Assembly: GCF_003918875.1 (NCBI RefSeq)
Contig: NW_025767145.1
Coordinates: 372,001 to 436,000 of the forward strand
Reading direction: 5' to 3'
From: Haliotis rubra
Taxonomy: Eukaryota
DNA: 64,000 nucleotides
Positions 37,101 to 50,400 of the stretch are shown in pieces; position 1 is the stretch's first letter, and every line of letters begins with the position of its first letter. The position numbers were made by a program, and so were the translations under genes. Under the pieces are notes generated by a model. The model was not told where the DNA came from. It made no database searches and worked only from the letters and a program-made list of their open reading frames with translations.

Positions 37101-39477
37101 TTCCTTTCGCCAATTGTTTTCACAGACCAAAATTCTAAACAACATAAAAATCATTAAATTTTAATTCATCTATTTGAAAACAAGTCATACATCATCAACA
37201 ACGAAGGTTCATATACACTTCCATTACCAGAGAATACATACAGGACATTTTCAGGGTAGTTGCTATTTTTAACCAATGAATGAATCTCCTCTCTGTTTTC
37301 TGCAGCACAGAAACTAACGAGTGCTCTGACCAATGAGCATTCAGGTTACATCACACACAGGGCATTATTTCTTGTGTAACATGTGCCTTGCAAAAATTTC
37401 CTCCATCATCAATTCGTGATTCAGCAATGGTGAGGTTTGCACAAAATTCAAGCACAGACCAGGTCTCATTCACGTTTTAAAACAGTAAATTAGTAAAACA
37501 TGGCCTGACTGAACTAACATATTCACCAGTCAAATGTCGCTCTCTAGAAGGATCTTATTTTTAAGATGATTGTCAGGTCCGAAAATTTTGGTCAGCAGAT
37601 ATTCCAGTGTCCATCAACTACAGTTCAGCTTGACACAATGCAGAATCAAGTAACTGTAAGCATATGTTATGTCTTGCCTGTATAAGAGAAACTATGTTTT
37701 GATCACATGTTTCCACTTAGAAACTCTACAATCAACAATTTACATGTGACATGCAATGACTGTTCTGAGTGAATAAGTGAATAATATTTTATTCCTCTAT
37801 TAGCAATATTCCAGAAACATCACAGTGGGGGACACCAGAAATCAGCTTCACACATTGTACACATGTGGAGAATTGAACCCAGGTCTTCAGCAAGACTAGT
37901 GAACACTTTCACCACTAGGCTACCCCACCTGGCACCGTCTGTAAACAGGACATAGATATGCAGTGGAAGTTTTAAGGCATTCAATTACTTTATTTGCTCA
38001 TCCATTCACTGGGCAAACACAGAACACAGGTCAACGTGTAGGTATTCACAGGTACGGAATAACATAGGGTATACAACCCAGTGATATTTTGGTGATGAGG
38101 GAATCTATAAAACAAGATAAAATTAGTCTGACTCTATATATTTTGCTGCACCAAAACCATCCAAAAACAAACAGCACACCCAAAAGTGGGTTAACAAATA
38201 AAATATTACCAAAGACCGATTACTGTATGCATAAATACACAATAATTCAAGGTCTCATCAAATAATGACCATGAGACAAATAGCTAGTACTTAAACATGA
38301 CAAAGTTAAGCTGCACTTTAACACAAGGATAAACTTGTACATCTAGATATATGAAATTAGCAATAGAGGAATCTAGTAAAAGTTCCTGAATACCATAGAC
38401 AGGACCGAACGGATTGCAATGTATTTAAAATCAGACACAACACCTCCCTGCATGAAGATTGGAGAACATTTCCACAGGACACTACACCAAGTGAACTTTC
38501 TGATCTGTCAATCAGTGTCGTGGTTCCTAAATTTGCATTGTATGTCAGCAAATCATCCAGACCGGGATATCTCATTTCTGAATCTCAAAAATGAACTAAA
38601 ACAACAAGTTCCAAATGGAGATAAAAAAAAGCTGTTGTATAATAAAGTAGTAGATACCATATATTACACTTGTCGTTTCTGGCATCCTGGTACCTGCATC
38701 CAGAAGGAAGCACCGTTTCTTTGGCTCCAGAACCCATGAATCTGCATTTTGACTGGACAGAGTTTAATCAGGGTTCACTAACTGGTTCAGATCATAATGC
38801 AGAGAGATTAAGATCTAATTTTAATGCAATAGCTAGGGAGAACTGGTTACAGACAGACAGACCTCTCATTGCCCACAATTCAGAGAACACAAGTCCACTG
38901 ATTTGCGTTTGGGATATAGATCATCTGTAAATGACAATTAAATGCATGAAAGCTCTTGTAAAACAAAAGACAGGTACTAAAAGCCATTGTATGCTATTAC
39001 AAATCTGCCCACGACATCAGCTGAATTTAAGTATGATTACTAGTGCTGGAACAATTGATTCAATAATCGGTCAATCTATCGATCTTGTGTCAGCGATTAT
39101 CGATGAGCTCATTTGACTAATAGATATTCATGAAAGATGAAACATCAATTTAAACATCAGAAAGTATGTTTCTTATTTTTATGTTTGTGAAGTTAAGACA
39201 TAAACAACTGATTAAGTTTCCTGATGTATAAAACTGCAATGTAAACAACATATGTGTGTCTCAACAGGAAGCATCCTCGATTGTCTTGATCGTTGCCTGA
39301 ATCAGTGCCTGTTTCGTTTCCCAATATTATGATAGTGTCCTGTTGTAGTCCACAGGAGTTCTGTTGTGGGGTTTAGAATTACAATCGATTATTGATCGAT
39401 TACTGATCTCCGATTATTGATCGATTACTGATCTCCGATTATCAATCAGCATATTGTGAGCAATAACCAGCACTAAT

Positions 39478-40066
39478 CAGTCTAAGTAAACTTAGGCTCA
39501 GTATTATTCGTTACACTGCTATACTGAGTCTAACAAAACCTAGTAGAAGGTCGTGTCAGCTAACCTTTCGGACTGACAAATCAGATCCTTACCAAATCGC
39601 GAAAGTTAACATTCGCACATACCGTTTGAACATTTACCTAAAAAGCTGATATGATTCCAAATGCTATTTTCTGCACGATCGCTTCCGAGTGATACACGCA
39701 ATGAGTAAACAGTCGCTGAAAATAGCGTTTTTGTCAATATTCAAGGATGTCATCTTGCGAAAATATAAGCAAATAGTAACCATGTCATTAGAAACCCATA
39801 AGCGTATATACTGCAGGTCAAATATCTGTGTTTTATGCGGAGTGTCAGCGACCAGGGAAGAGAAAATCCAAAAACTGTTTTGTAAGTCCCCGCCAAACCC
39901 TAACAAGTAGTCGTTGTCTGATTGGTTAAATCCTTTCGGCTGTCTTACGTTTGATTGGACGGTCATAGGTCGCTCAAAGGTTAACTGACGCGACCTTCTA
40001 CTAGGTTTTGTTAGAGTCAGTATAGCAGTGTAATGAATAATACTGAGCCTAAGTTTGCTTAGACTG
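39478..40066. mobile_element. MITE with ~80-bp TIRs and 10-bp TSD CAGCACTAAT
   Basis: CAGTCTAAGTAAACTTAGGCTCAGTATTATTC... and its reverse complement; TSD at 39468-39477 and 40067-40076. Confidence 0.85.
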
Positions 40067-40302
40067 CAGCACTAATAATTATATTTTTGGTTGCAAAGAG
40101 ATTGATCTGTAGTCATAAAAATATGGAACATCTGTATCACTTTTTGTATGTAGCACTCCACATATTTACAAGACAAATTGTCCAGACACCCTTGTATACC
40201 CTTGACAACCTATTCACAAAGTACTGACACTACAGTGTGGTTAGGGAAATGCTCCAGTGTACAGCTTGAAAGACAGAGACGATTATTTCGGGTTCTCTCC
40301 AT

Positions 40303-41368
40303 CTACTTGGTAACTTCATGGATGGCATGGGCTAAGTAGTCGACGTTGCCAGACGTTACGCCGGCCATGGAGATCCTGCCGTCCTTGGTGAGGTACACGG
40401 AAAAGTCCTTGGTTAATCTCTCAACCTGCAACAGGGAAAGAAGATTGTGAGGTGTGAGTGGATTATTGCTCTGGAGGGACTGAGAGATTGAGATAAATCA
40501 CAGTGTGTAAGCTGAACATGTTCAGGAATCATGAAATGATGCCCCAAATCATCAAATCCTAGCCCAGCCAAGGGCAGCAACTCTGTAAACAGGGCTCCAG
40601 ATAAGGTCCGTATCCGCGTATGTAGATATAAAATGTGCATGATACGGTAGGAAATAAGTTAGAAAACGTAGCAGATACGCACCACAGCAATGGTGTACGG
40701 TCTTAGAATCATTTACAGACGTATTTATCTGAAAAATTATTGTTTTATTGTTTATTGACCTGTTTACACAAGAGTAGCAATGTTGTTGTGCATATATGAA
40801 AGTTACGAAACACAAGATTACTGATACTCCATTAAATTCCATTAAGTACTCTAAATGTACTCTTAAGGTTTTCCAGTACTCCTGCATTGAAAAAGTAAGG
40901 AGTACATACTCCTGATGTTGAAAATTTATCTTGAGCCCTGTGTACAGTTCTAGCACCTAAGACAACTGGGTTTCCAAACTGTAAATATATAACAGAATCT
41001 AAATGGATAAGAATCCGACAAAAAGAATGTTGACGCACCTGGTCTGGCTTGAGTCCTGTGAAGCAGAACATCCCGATCTGGTCTGTGATGTGTTGCCAGC
41101 TGCGAGTAGACCCTTCTCTCTTCAGACCTTCAGAAAGCTTCGTCCTCATGCTGATGATGCGGTCGGCCATCCCTTTGACATCCACTAACCTGGGAACAAG
41201 ACACCAAACAGTTAAAACTGTCAAGACATGATTTGAGATTCTCTCCGTTCACCTGAAGTACAACATTTGAACGGTTTTGGGGCTAGGGGAATGATGGGGT
41301 TTTTAAGGGGGTTTTATTTATTTAATTTTTTTTTTTATCATTTAATTTTTTTATTTATTTTTTTTTTT

Positions 41369-41404
<36 letters not shown>

Positions 41405-44400
41405 GGGGCATCAATTTTGTACACATGTACTAAAGGGGGTCAGCAATTTTGTACACAAATTTATTTAAAAAAATCATGCTTAATTATTATGGGAAGGGGG
41501 GTGTTATTGATTTTGAACATGACACGCAGGGGGGAGGTCTCTTACATTTTAGGGGGATCATTTACATTGTACATGCCTCTCCATAAAAATCATCATCACC
41601 CCTCTAGCCATAAATTATGAACGGTTCCTTAACATCAAGAGATCCAATAAACACCACCAAACATGATCAGCTGAGGAGGGAATACAGATTTTCTTCACTG
41701 CCACCATAAAATGGCAAAATGCAACATGGATGACTTCAAACTAGTGTTGAGAATTGGTTGAAATCTCACAATTGATGATTGCTTCATTACCAACGAACAA
41801 TCATCGAAAAAAATTGGTTAGCGTCATTTTTCAGATTTTCCTATCCAGGTTGTTATTGCAGATATTTATAACATGATGCAACTTGCTACTTTAAAGTGAT
41901 GACTAATATATCATGAACATAAACTTCCTGGAGTCTTCAAGAAATATTCGGTCATGGCTTTTCAGTTAGTGAAGTGAGTTTTCTATGAATTAAACACGCT
42001 TTCATGCCCTGACAACTTCAACGATATGTTCCATTGTCAAGTATTTCAAAGACTAAAACAGTAGTTCCAAAATCGTTTATGTTCGTAATTATGAGAAAAT
42101 GTGATCGATTGCTTGGTCGTTTGGTCACTGCGATCAATCTTCGATTATTTCAATTAATCGGAACACCACTATTTCAAACACATATAGTTTAAATATAAAA
42201 CAATCTACTGATGTCAGCGTTTAAAATTCCCACCTGCCCGACCGTCCGGAACGGTCTATTTTCATCTCGGACGGTCAAATTTCAAAAGTAGCCTGTTCGG
42301 TGGTCTGGTAGATGTTTTTACCACTAACAGTAAATATTTCATAATATCAAACAGGTTCTCTTGTCGTCAGTTTGAGGTGTTTAAGGTATTATGATAATTA
42401 TGTTAAACTATTTACGATTGGACAGTTCATTTTACAATAACCAATCACAACATATGTACTTTCAGTTTACCTAAACTCGGTGCATTGCCTGTTAGTGCTA
42501 TGTTGTTCATTGCGATGCTTGCAAACAGTAAAGTATTCAGAAACCTGATTTTGTTTTCATTGTTGAAAACCGACAGGCAAGTTTGTATCCGGACTGGTAA
42601 TTATTTAAAGTTACCAGTCCGGCTGTCTGGCTTGGAATTTTGGGAGTTTTAAACACTGCTGATGTTAAACAAAGGAGCACAGACTTTCAAACAATAAAAG
42701 CATGATACACAATTTTCAACTTTACATATAAAAGAAAGCCTTTTAGATTCTTGTGTTAAGTACTGAAATCATGGTGTGGTGAATGAATGAATGAAATATA
42801 TTGAGCTGATATGCATTACAGAACATCCTACTGTACAGGGTTACAGGCATTCTCTTCCCACAGAGGTTACTTGTCATATCTTCCTACGAACCTCTGTTTT
42901 AATACGGCCATATTTCCAGGTTCTCGTAAAATCCCCTAGCGGCAAAAGATCGCAACACGAATGATCTCCCTTCTTTCTATCCAATCAGAACACGTGTTAC
43001 ATCGACTTAGATTCAACTTGACTAACACAAGCAAATGTGGGGCCACAAATTTCCCCATCTGCCGGGGTTGATGTTACACATGGCTTTTAATGGCTAGTCC
43101 GTCTTGTCAACGAGGGCGATGGAGACGCCACTGATCTGCCATAACATGACTGAGTTCTGTCTCGAAGAAACGTTTGCGCATCGCGCAGGGGAAGAGGTTT
43201 AGTTTTCTCGAAGCATACGGAAATTACCGAGGCCTTGCGAATGATCACTTTTGAAACAATGTCGCTGATTGCACAACTAAATCTGATTGCCTCCAATCAC
43301 GAGTCTTGAACGCTCACACCATGAAAGGGCCGTATTAGAACAGAGGTTACGTAGGAAGATATGACAGGAGTAACCTCTGTGGGAAGAGAATGGGTTACAG
43401 GTTACAGGGACCTTTTTCTGACTTTTTCAGAAGAATGAACAACTGAGGCTTCATTTTGAAAAGAAGGTCCTGAGTTTTGTATTGAGAAGCCGGAGGTAAT
43501 GAGACTTATTCTGAGTGAGTGAGTGAGTGAGTGTAGTTTTATGCCGCTTTTAGCAATATTCAAGCAATATCATGGCAGGGGACACCACAAATGGGTTTCA
43601 CACATTGTACCCATGTGGGGAATCGAATCCGGGCCTTTGGTGTGACGAGTGAACGCTTTAACCACTAGGCTACCCGACCGCCCCGGATAAGGATGAGGAC
43701 ACCGACTCAGTGCCCTAGACCACTAGTTCATGGCATAGGAGGTACCGAGACTTATTCTCGCTTACGACAAGGAAGATGCTTGGATATTATTGAATGATGG
43801 GTACAGCAACACATCTTCAAAGAAACTAGAGCTCCTTTACCATTCCTTCCTGAGGTCGGGGTTGTTGAGGATGGTGGACACAATACGGGCACCGTGGATG
43901 GGAGGGTTGGAATACATGGGTCGGATGATGATCTTCAGCTGCGACATGACACGGCTGGCCTCGTCTGCGTCCTGACACATGATGGTGAAGGCCCCGGCAC
44001 GCTCCCCTGCAGAAGTACACACAGAGGTACAGATAAGCTGCATATCTTCGTAAATTATGCAAATATTTATGTGAAAACTAAATTCCTATTAAGTCTATTG
44101 CGTATCTTCGTAAATTATGCAAATATTTATGTGAAAACTAAATTCTCTATTAAGTCTATTGAATTTTTGTTTTGTAAATACTCAATAGATGTGATCTTAC
44201 ATGCGTACACACAAAAATGTCAAATCTTAGCTTGCGTGGATAGAGGTATATTGAGAGGTTCTGTTTCAGGACATGAACTTGGCAACTTGCAGTCTTTCTT
44301 ATGGTTTCTCATATTACACATCAAATATAAATAACAAACACTAACATTTAAACTTTATTATATTTTTACAATTAATGGAAAATGACAAAATACCCAATTG

Positions 44401-47400
44401 AGTTTGAGTGAGGTGGGTACAATTTATTTGGTTACTCAAAGGTAAATTAGTATACCCAATTGAGATGACCACAAGCGAGTACATAACTCAATGACCCAGC
44501 TCTGTACACAGCAACATATTGAGTGACAGATTGACGACTGGCAGCTACTTGTGAACTTGTGCCAAACCTTGAGATCTCAATGTAAATGTTATTTATATGA
44601 AACAAGATGATAAACACTGTTTTCAAGATCTGCTCCTGAAAGCACAACAACCATTTTCCTTGTAAGTGAAAGTTGTTGCCATGGAAATATAAAAAAACAA
44701 ACTTTTAAGACAAATTCTAATCAAGATCTTCACAGGTCTGTCAACCATGAGAAACTGAGTAACTCTCCTGCCGCAGATTGATTTGAGAAACACTCAATTA
44801 AATCTATCAAACATCAATGAATTAGCATAATCTGTATATGAATATTCGCATTGTATTCTGTTCTCATAAGCACTTAAGCTCTTTAACGAAGGGGTTATGA
44901 AATCAACTCCAACAGAGATATTACCCACCATATAAGCCCATGTTTTTAGCAAAGGACTGTGCTAGAGAGACCTGGTGGCCATCTTGGAGGAAGTATCGAG
45001 GAGCGTAGGCATCTTTGACGGTGTCACCACTAGCGAAGCCCTGGTAGGCCATGTCAAAGAACGGGAACAGCTTCTTCTTCTTAATAAGCTGACTCAGCTC
45101 TCTCCATTGCTCAGGCTGTGAGGGGACAACAATATATTAGGAATTAACATTTGTTAGATTTACAGTCGTGCCCCGTTTATCCGGACACTTGTGTTTTCTT
45201 GAAATTGTCTGGATAAACGAATTTTCGGGTAACTGACTGACTGACTGAGTATGGTTTTACGCCGCTTTTAGCAATATTCCAGCAACATCACGGCGGGGGA
45301 CACCAGAAATGGGCTTCACACATTGTACCCATGTGGGGATTCGAACCCGGGTCTTCGGCATGACGAGCCAACGCTTTAACCATTAGGCTACCCCACCGCC
45401 TCTTCGGATATCTGAACCCAGGACCATATGTAAAAAGACATACAAAGAAACAAAGATAACAGGCCTCAGCCGTAATCTTTATTGACAAGACATCAACAAA
45501 TAACAATGCATACAGTGTCACCTTGCTGATTACAGGTAGTTCATCCTCTCACGCTTCAAAGACTGCCGACTTCTTTTATGTTAGGGCAAACAAGGCCACT
45601 CAGTAAATACATGTGTAAACATACTGACAAGTGCTCAGCCATCCGGATATACGAGAAAAAATGCATATAATTTAGCGTTTTGTATGTGAAAATGACTGTG
45701 CGGTTACAGAAACCGAATTTTCAGATAAGTGAGTAATTTTACAATGTTGTGAATTCGTTTTAAGGAATTTTTGTTCGGGAGGCAAGTTTTCCGGATATCT
45801 GAGGTTCGGATAAATGGGGCATGACTGTATAGGTAACAGAATCTTCCCAACCAATAACCATGTTTGTTGAAACAAACAAAACACTTGTGTGGCTCAACAT
45901 TTTGCTTTTATCATCTGATATGACACTGTTTGGCTAAGTTGGATCAGCAGTAACAAAGTATTAGCAAACCACTCTTTTCAAGCCACACTTTTTTTCTGGT
46001 TTACAGAATTTTCTCAGCTGGATCCAGTACGAACATACAAAACATTTTCAGAACTCAGCATTTAACTTCTTTGATTGGCATTTTAGAAGTTGGGAAGTAC
46101 AATATAGGGAAACTTTATGGATAACAACTTCTTTATTTTGTAAGTGCGACTTTTCGATACAGATTCTTGAATGTCCTTCCTGCTTGACACCAGTACAAGA
46201 ATTTGTATCGAAATGTCGCACTCATGAAACAAAGTTGTTATCCATAAAGTTTGTCTATACTCAAGTTTTAGTCCTGTGGTATGAGGTCTTTTAGGTAAGT
46301 TGGCTCAATGACTGCACAAGAGAAGAAAATAGCAAGATTAATATTTGTAGGTTGGTGTATAGACATTTCGCACTTTTTCTAAAGCGGTGCATGACAAGAT
46401 GATATCTCAGGGAAATGAGTGAGTGAGTGAGTGAGTATGGTTTTGCGCCGCTTTTAGCAATATTCCAGCAATATCACGGCGGGGGACAACAGAAATGGGC
46501 TTCACACATTGTACCCATGTGGGGATCTCAGGGAAGAGTAGAGTAGTCCAGCCAAATACTCACGGTTGGGTCAACACCAGTGGGGTTATGTGCGCAGGCG
46601 TGCAGGACGATGGTTGACCCCTCAGGAATATTCTGTAAACATGACATCAAAGATCAAAAACAGTGAGTGAGTGAGTTTAGTTTTACGCCACACTCAGCAA
46701 TATTCAAGCTATATGGCGTCAGTCTGTAAATAATCAAGTCTGGCCCAGACAATCCAGTGATCAACAGCATGAGCATCGATCAACGCAACTGAGATACGAT
46801 AATCAAGTCTGGCCCAGACAATCCAGTGATCAACAGCACGAGTAACAATCTACGCAATTGGGATACGATAATCAAGTCTGGCCCAGACAATCCAGTGATC
46901 AACAGTATGAGCATCGATCTACCCAATTGGGATTCAATGACATGTGTCAACCAAGTCAGCAAGCCTAACCACCCGATTCTGTTAGTCGCCTCTTATGACA
47001 AGCATGGGTTACTGAAGATCAATTCTAACCCGGATCTTCACGGGTGATCAACAACAGAGTAAACAGTCTGTCATTTCAGCCACTGAAGGTAAAGTCAAGT
47101 CATTGTATGCTAGCAATAATTCTGCCTTATCAAAACAGCCTGTAAATGCTTGATTCTTGACTAAGCAAACCAGTGGCTAGAGTAACGCTTTGTCTCTGAA
47201 CAAATTACAATTTTGATAGACACAATCGATTCCTTTAAAATTGAAAAGTAGCCCCAGACAGAAGTGAGGAAATCACAACTTGCTTTATTTGAGAAATCTA
47301 GACTTGCTTTATTTAGGGCTTTATCATTGCAGAATGGGAAAGGCAGAAGGGAAAATAATGCAGTTCAGGGACTGTGAGACTTACTAATGGCTAACAACAT

Positions 47401-50400
47401 GACAAACAAACGATACAATCACAGAGCCTAACTGAGCCCCAGTATAACTCGTACAATAGTTATTATCATGATTATGTGCTAGAATCTGCTCTGCTCTGTA
47501 AACCTAAATTGGCATGGGGTGACAAGTTTGATATAATATCTCTGTTTTGTAAGTTGAGTTGATACACAATGTGATAATATTCTATACGTCAAAAACACCA
47601 AAATCTACTCACAAAGATGCCAAAATTAAATTGCTGGTTAAAAGAGAAAAACATTCAGCGGAGACTTTAGTAACAATTCTGATCTTACATCATTACTGTC
47701 TTTCATTTCTCAAATGAACACCGGAGAGTCAACATAAAGCACTATTAATGTCAATGAATATTTACTATGAAGCAGTGAAAATTATCCACTACACAATCAG
47801 GTAATTACTCACAGAGATATCCTCACACGCTCCGCTGAAGTCGAAACCACAGGTGCTTGGGTCGTAATACCGATAAGACTTCACTTCAAGACCAGCGTGT
47901 CTGTAAAACACAATTATACCAAACATTGTATGTTGGTCACACTCAAATCTTATTTCAGGTGTGGATGGCCACATAAAGAATGACTGACTGACTGACTGAG
48001 TTTGGTTTTATGGCTTTTAGCAATATTCCAGCAACATCATCACGGCGGGGTCACCAGAAATGGGCTTCACACATTGTACCCATATGGGGATTCAACCTAT
48101 CTCGACATGGCGAGCCAACGCTTTAACCACTAGGCTACCCCATGCCCCCATAAAGAATGAACTCAAGCCACTTTCAAAATAATATTCATAACAAAACACA
48201 ACTCTATGCAGAAAAAATACCTAGAGTAAAATGTGAAAAAACAAATCATGTCACGCTGCATTTCAATGGAAACATTAATGCCATCAGAATCAATATTTGT
48301 GCTACGGTCTCAGTTAGAATTCAACATGAGGAATTGTACAATAAACCCCATATTTCACAATGTCTGTTGTATTGTAATGAGTTTCGTGATAGCTAGGACC
48401 TCACAACATGTAACCATGGTAACAAGACTCAGTATCCATCTCACCAATGGATAATATTCTTACACCAGTTATAACATACAGTACTTCAGTAAAGCTACTA
48501 ACCACACAACACCTTACACAACAAATACACAACAGAGGTCTGATCACAGGTAACAACAATTCAGCATCACAAATTAACCATATTTGAGATGAACATTTGT
48601 TATTGCCAAGCCAAACATGACTGGCACAACAAAGAAGACCACTCACTTGAAGATTGGTGTGTGGTTCCCCCAAGATGGAGACGGGATGTAGAATACTTTG
48701 CTGGTTGAGAACCACTTGGCCTGGAATACAAGCATCATACCGACGAGTGAGTGAGTGAGTGCCAGAGTGAGTGAGTGAGTGCGAGAAGAGCGGCAGTGTT
48801 CACGAATCATGTTTCAAAGGAACTGGACATTGTGTCCTGTAAGTTTCAGATGTCTGTCTGACCCATTGAAAATTCACAGGACCCATAGAATAAAATTAAA
48901 CACACATTTCAGATTTAGCATTTCTTATAATTGGCACTGAAATAATAAACAAACATAAGATTTATAAACAGCAAACAGGTGTCACATGTCCCATATAACA
49001 ACTTCAGTCAAAGTCATTGTGAAATATACAGTCAGACACTGGGGCCGGCGGGTTGTAGAGTTTTATCGGACTGTTGGCAAATCTGCCGGATTTGTCAGAG
49101 GGTCAGACGCTATTCGTGAACACTGGAGTGGGTGAGTGCGAGAGTGAGTGAGTGAGTGAGTCCAAGAAGAGTGAGTGGGTGAGTGCGAGAGTAAGTGAGT
49201 GAAAGGGTGACTGCAAGAGTGAGTGAATGAGTGAGTGAGCCTGACCACCTGATCCCGTTAGTCGCCTCTTACGACAAGCATGGGTTACAGAAGATCAATT
49301 CCAACACGCATCTTCACAGGTTTAAACTGTTTGAATGGCATTTAGAAAAGACACACATAAAGAGGGAATATTTCAACTACTGTGATATGAGGAACAGAAC
49401 GTTTTTACCGAGTACCGAGTCTACCGAGATAATCTTACTCCTTCATCAGGCCCCGATTTCTCGAAACAAACTTAAAGTTTTTACTCAAATTTCAAACTGA
49501 GTTTGACAATTTGAAACAGCTGAATTTTTAACTCAACTGCATTTTTAAAATAAAAAAGCCCAAACAAATTAAGTAATCCATCCACCAAACTCAAATTGTT
49601 TAGTATGTTTGAGTTTAATATCAGTTTCAGTTCATTCTGCTAATGCATTTTCTCTATTTGAGTGAAAACTCGAACTTAAGTCAAAACTCAGACTTAAGTT
49701 TGTTTCGAGAAATCGGGGCCAGATCGATAAACGAGTAAGAACAGACGCCAAAAAGTTGACATCCATAATTCCCCCCTTTTATGATAATATTTTACTCACG
49801 AAGAACGCTGCTCCGATACGAAGAGAGCCTGTACCAGAAATACCCTGAGCAGTAACATTCTGAAAAAGAAAAGGTGATTATACAAATTCTTTTATTGACT
49901 ACAATGCCAATTCATTTCTTTATTTTAGTGACATTTTAGGAGCTTTGACCCGAGTGGATTGTTTGGACCAAATCCTATCAAGAACATACAACAACATAAC
50001 ATGTAACAACAATACATACACCAGCGGAAAATACACCATCAGAACATACACCAGAGGAACACACACCATCAAAACATACACCAGTGGATCATACAGCACC
50101 AGAACATACAGGTGGAACCATCATACACCACCAGAACATACACCACATAGAACATACACCACATACAGCAGTGGAACATACAGCACCAGAACATACAGCA
50201 GTGGAACATACAGCAGTGGAACATACACCACCAGAACATATACAGCACCAGAACATACAGCAGTGGAACAGCATAACACCACAGCAGAACATACAGCAGC
50301 ATACAGCAGTGAACATACACCAACATACACCAGTGGAACATACACCACCAGAACATACAGCAGCAGAACATACAGCAGCCAGAACATACAGCACCAGAAC

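Noticed and set aside
44043-44161. ~60-bp tandem duplication with ATGCAAAT octamer
   Set aside because: Simple local intronic duplication; no evidence of function.
46730-46935. Triplicated ~69-bp segment
   Set aside because: Internal tandem duplication within a family-B SINE copy.
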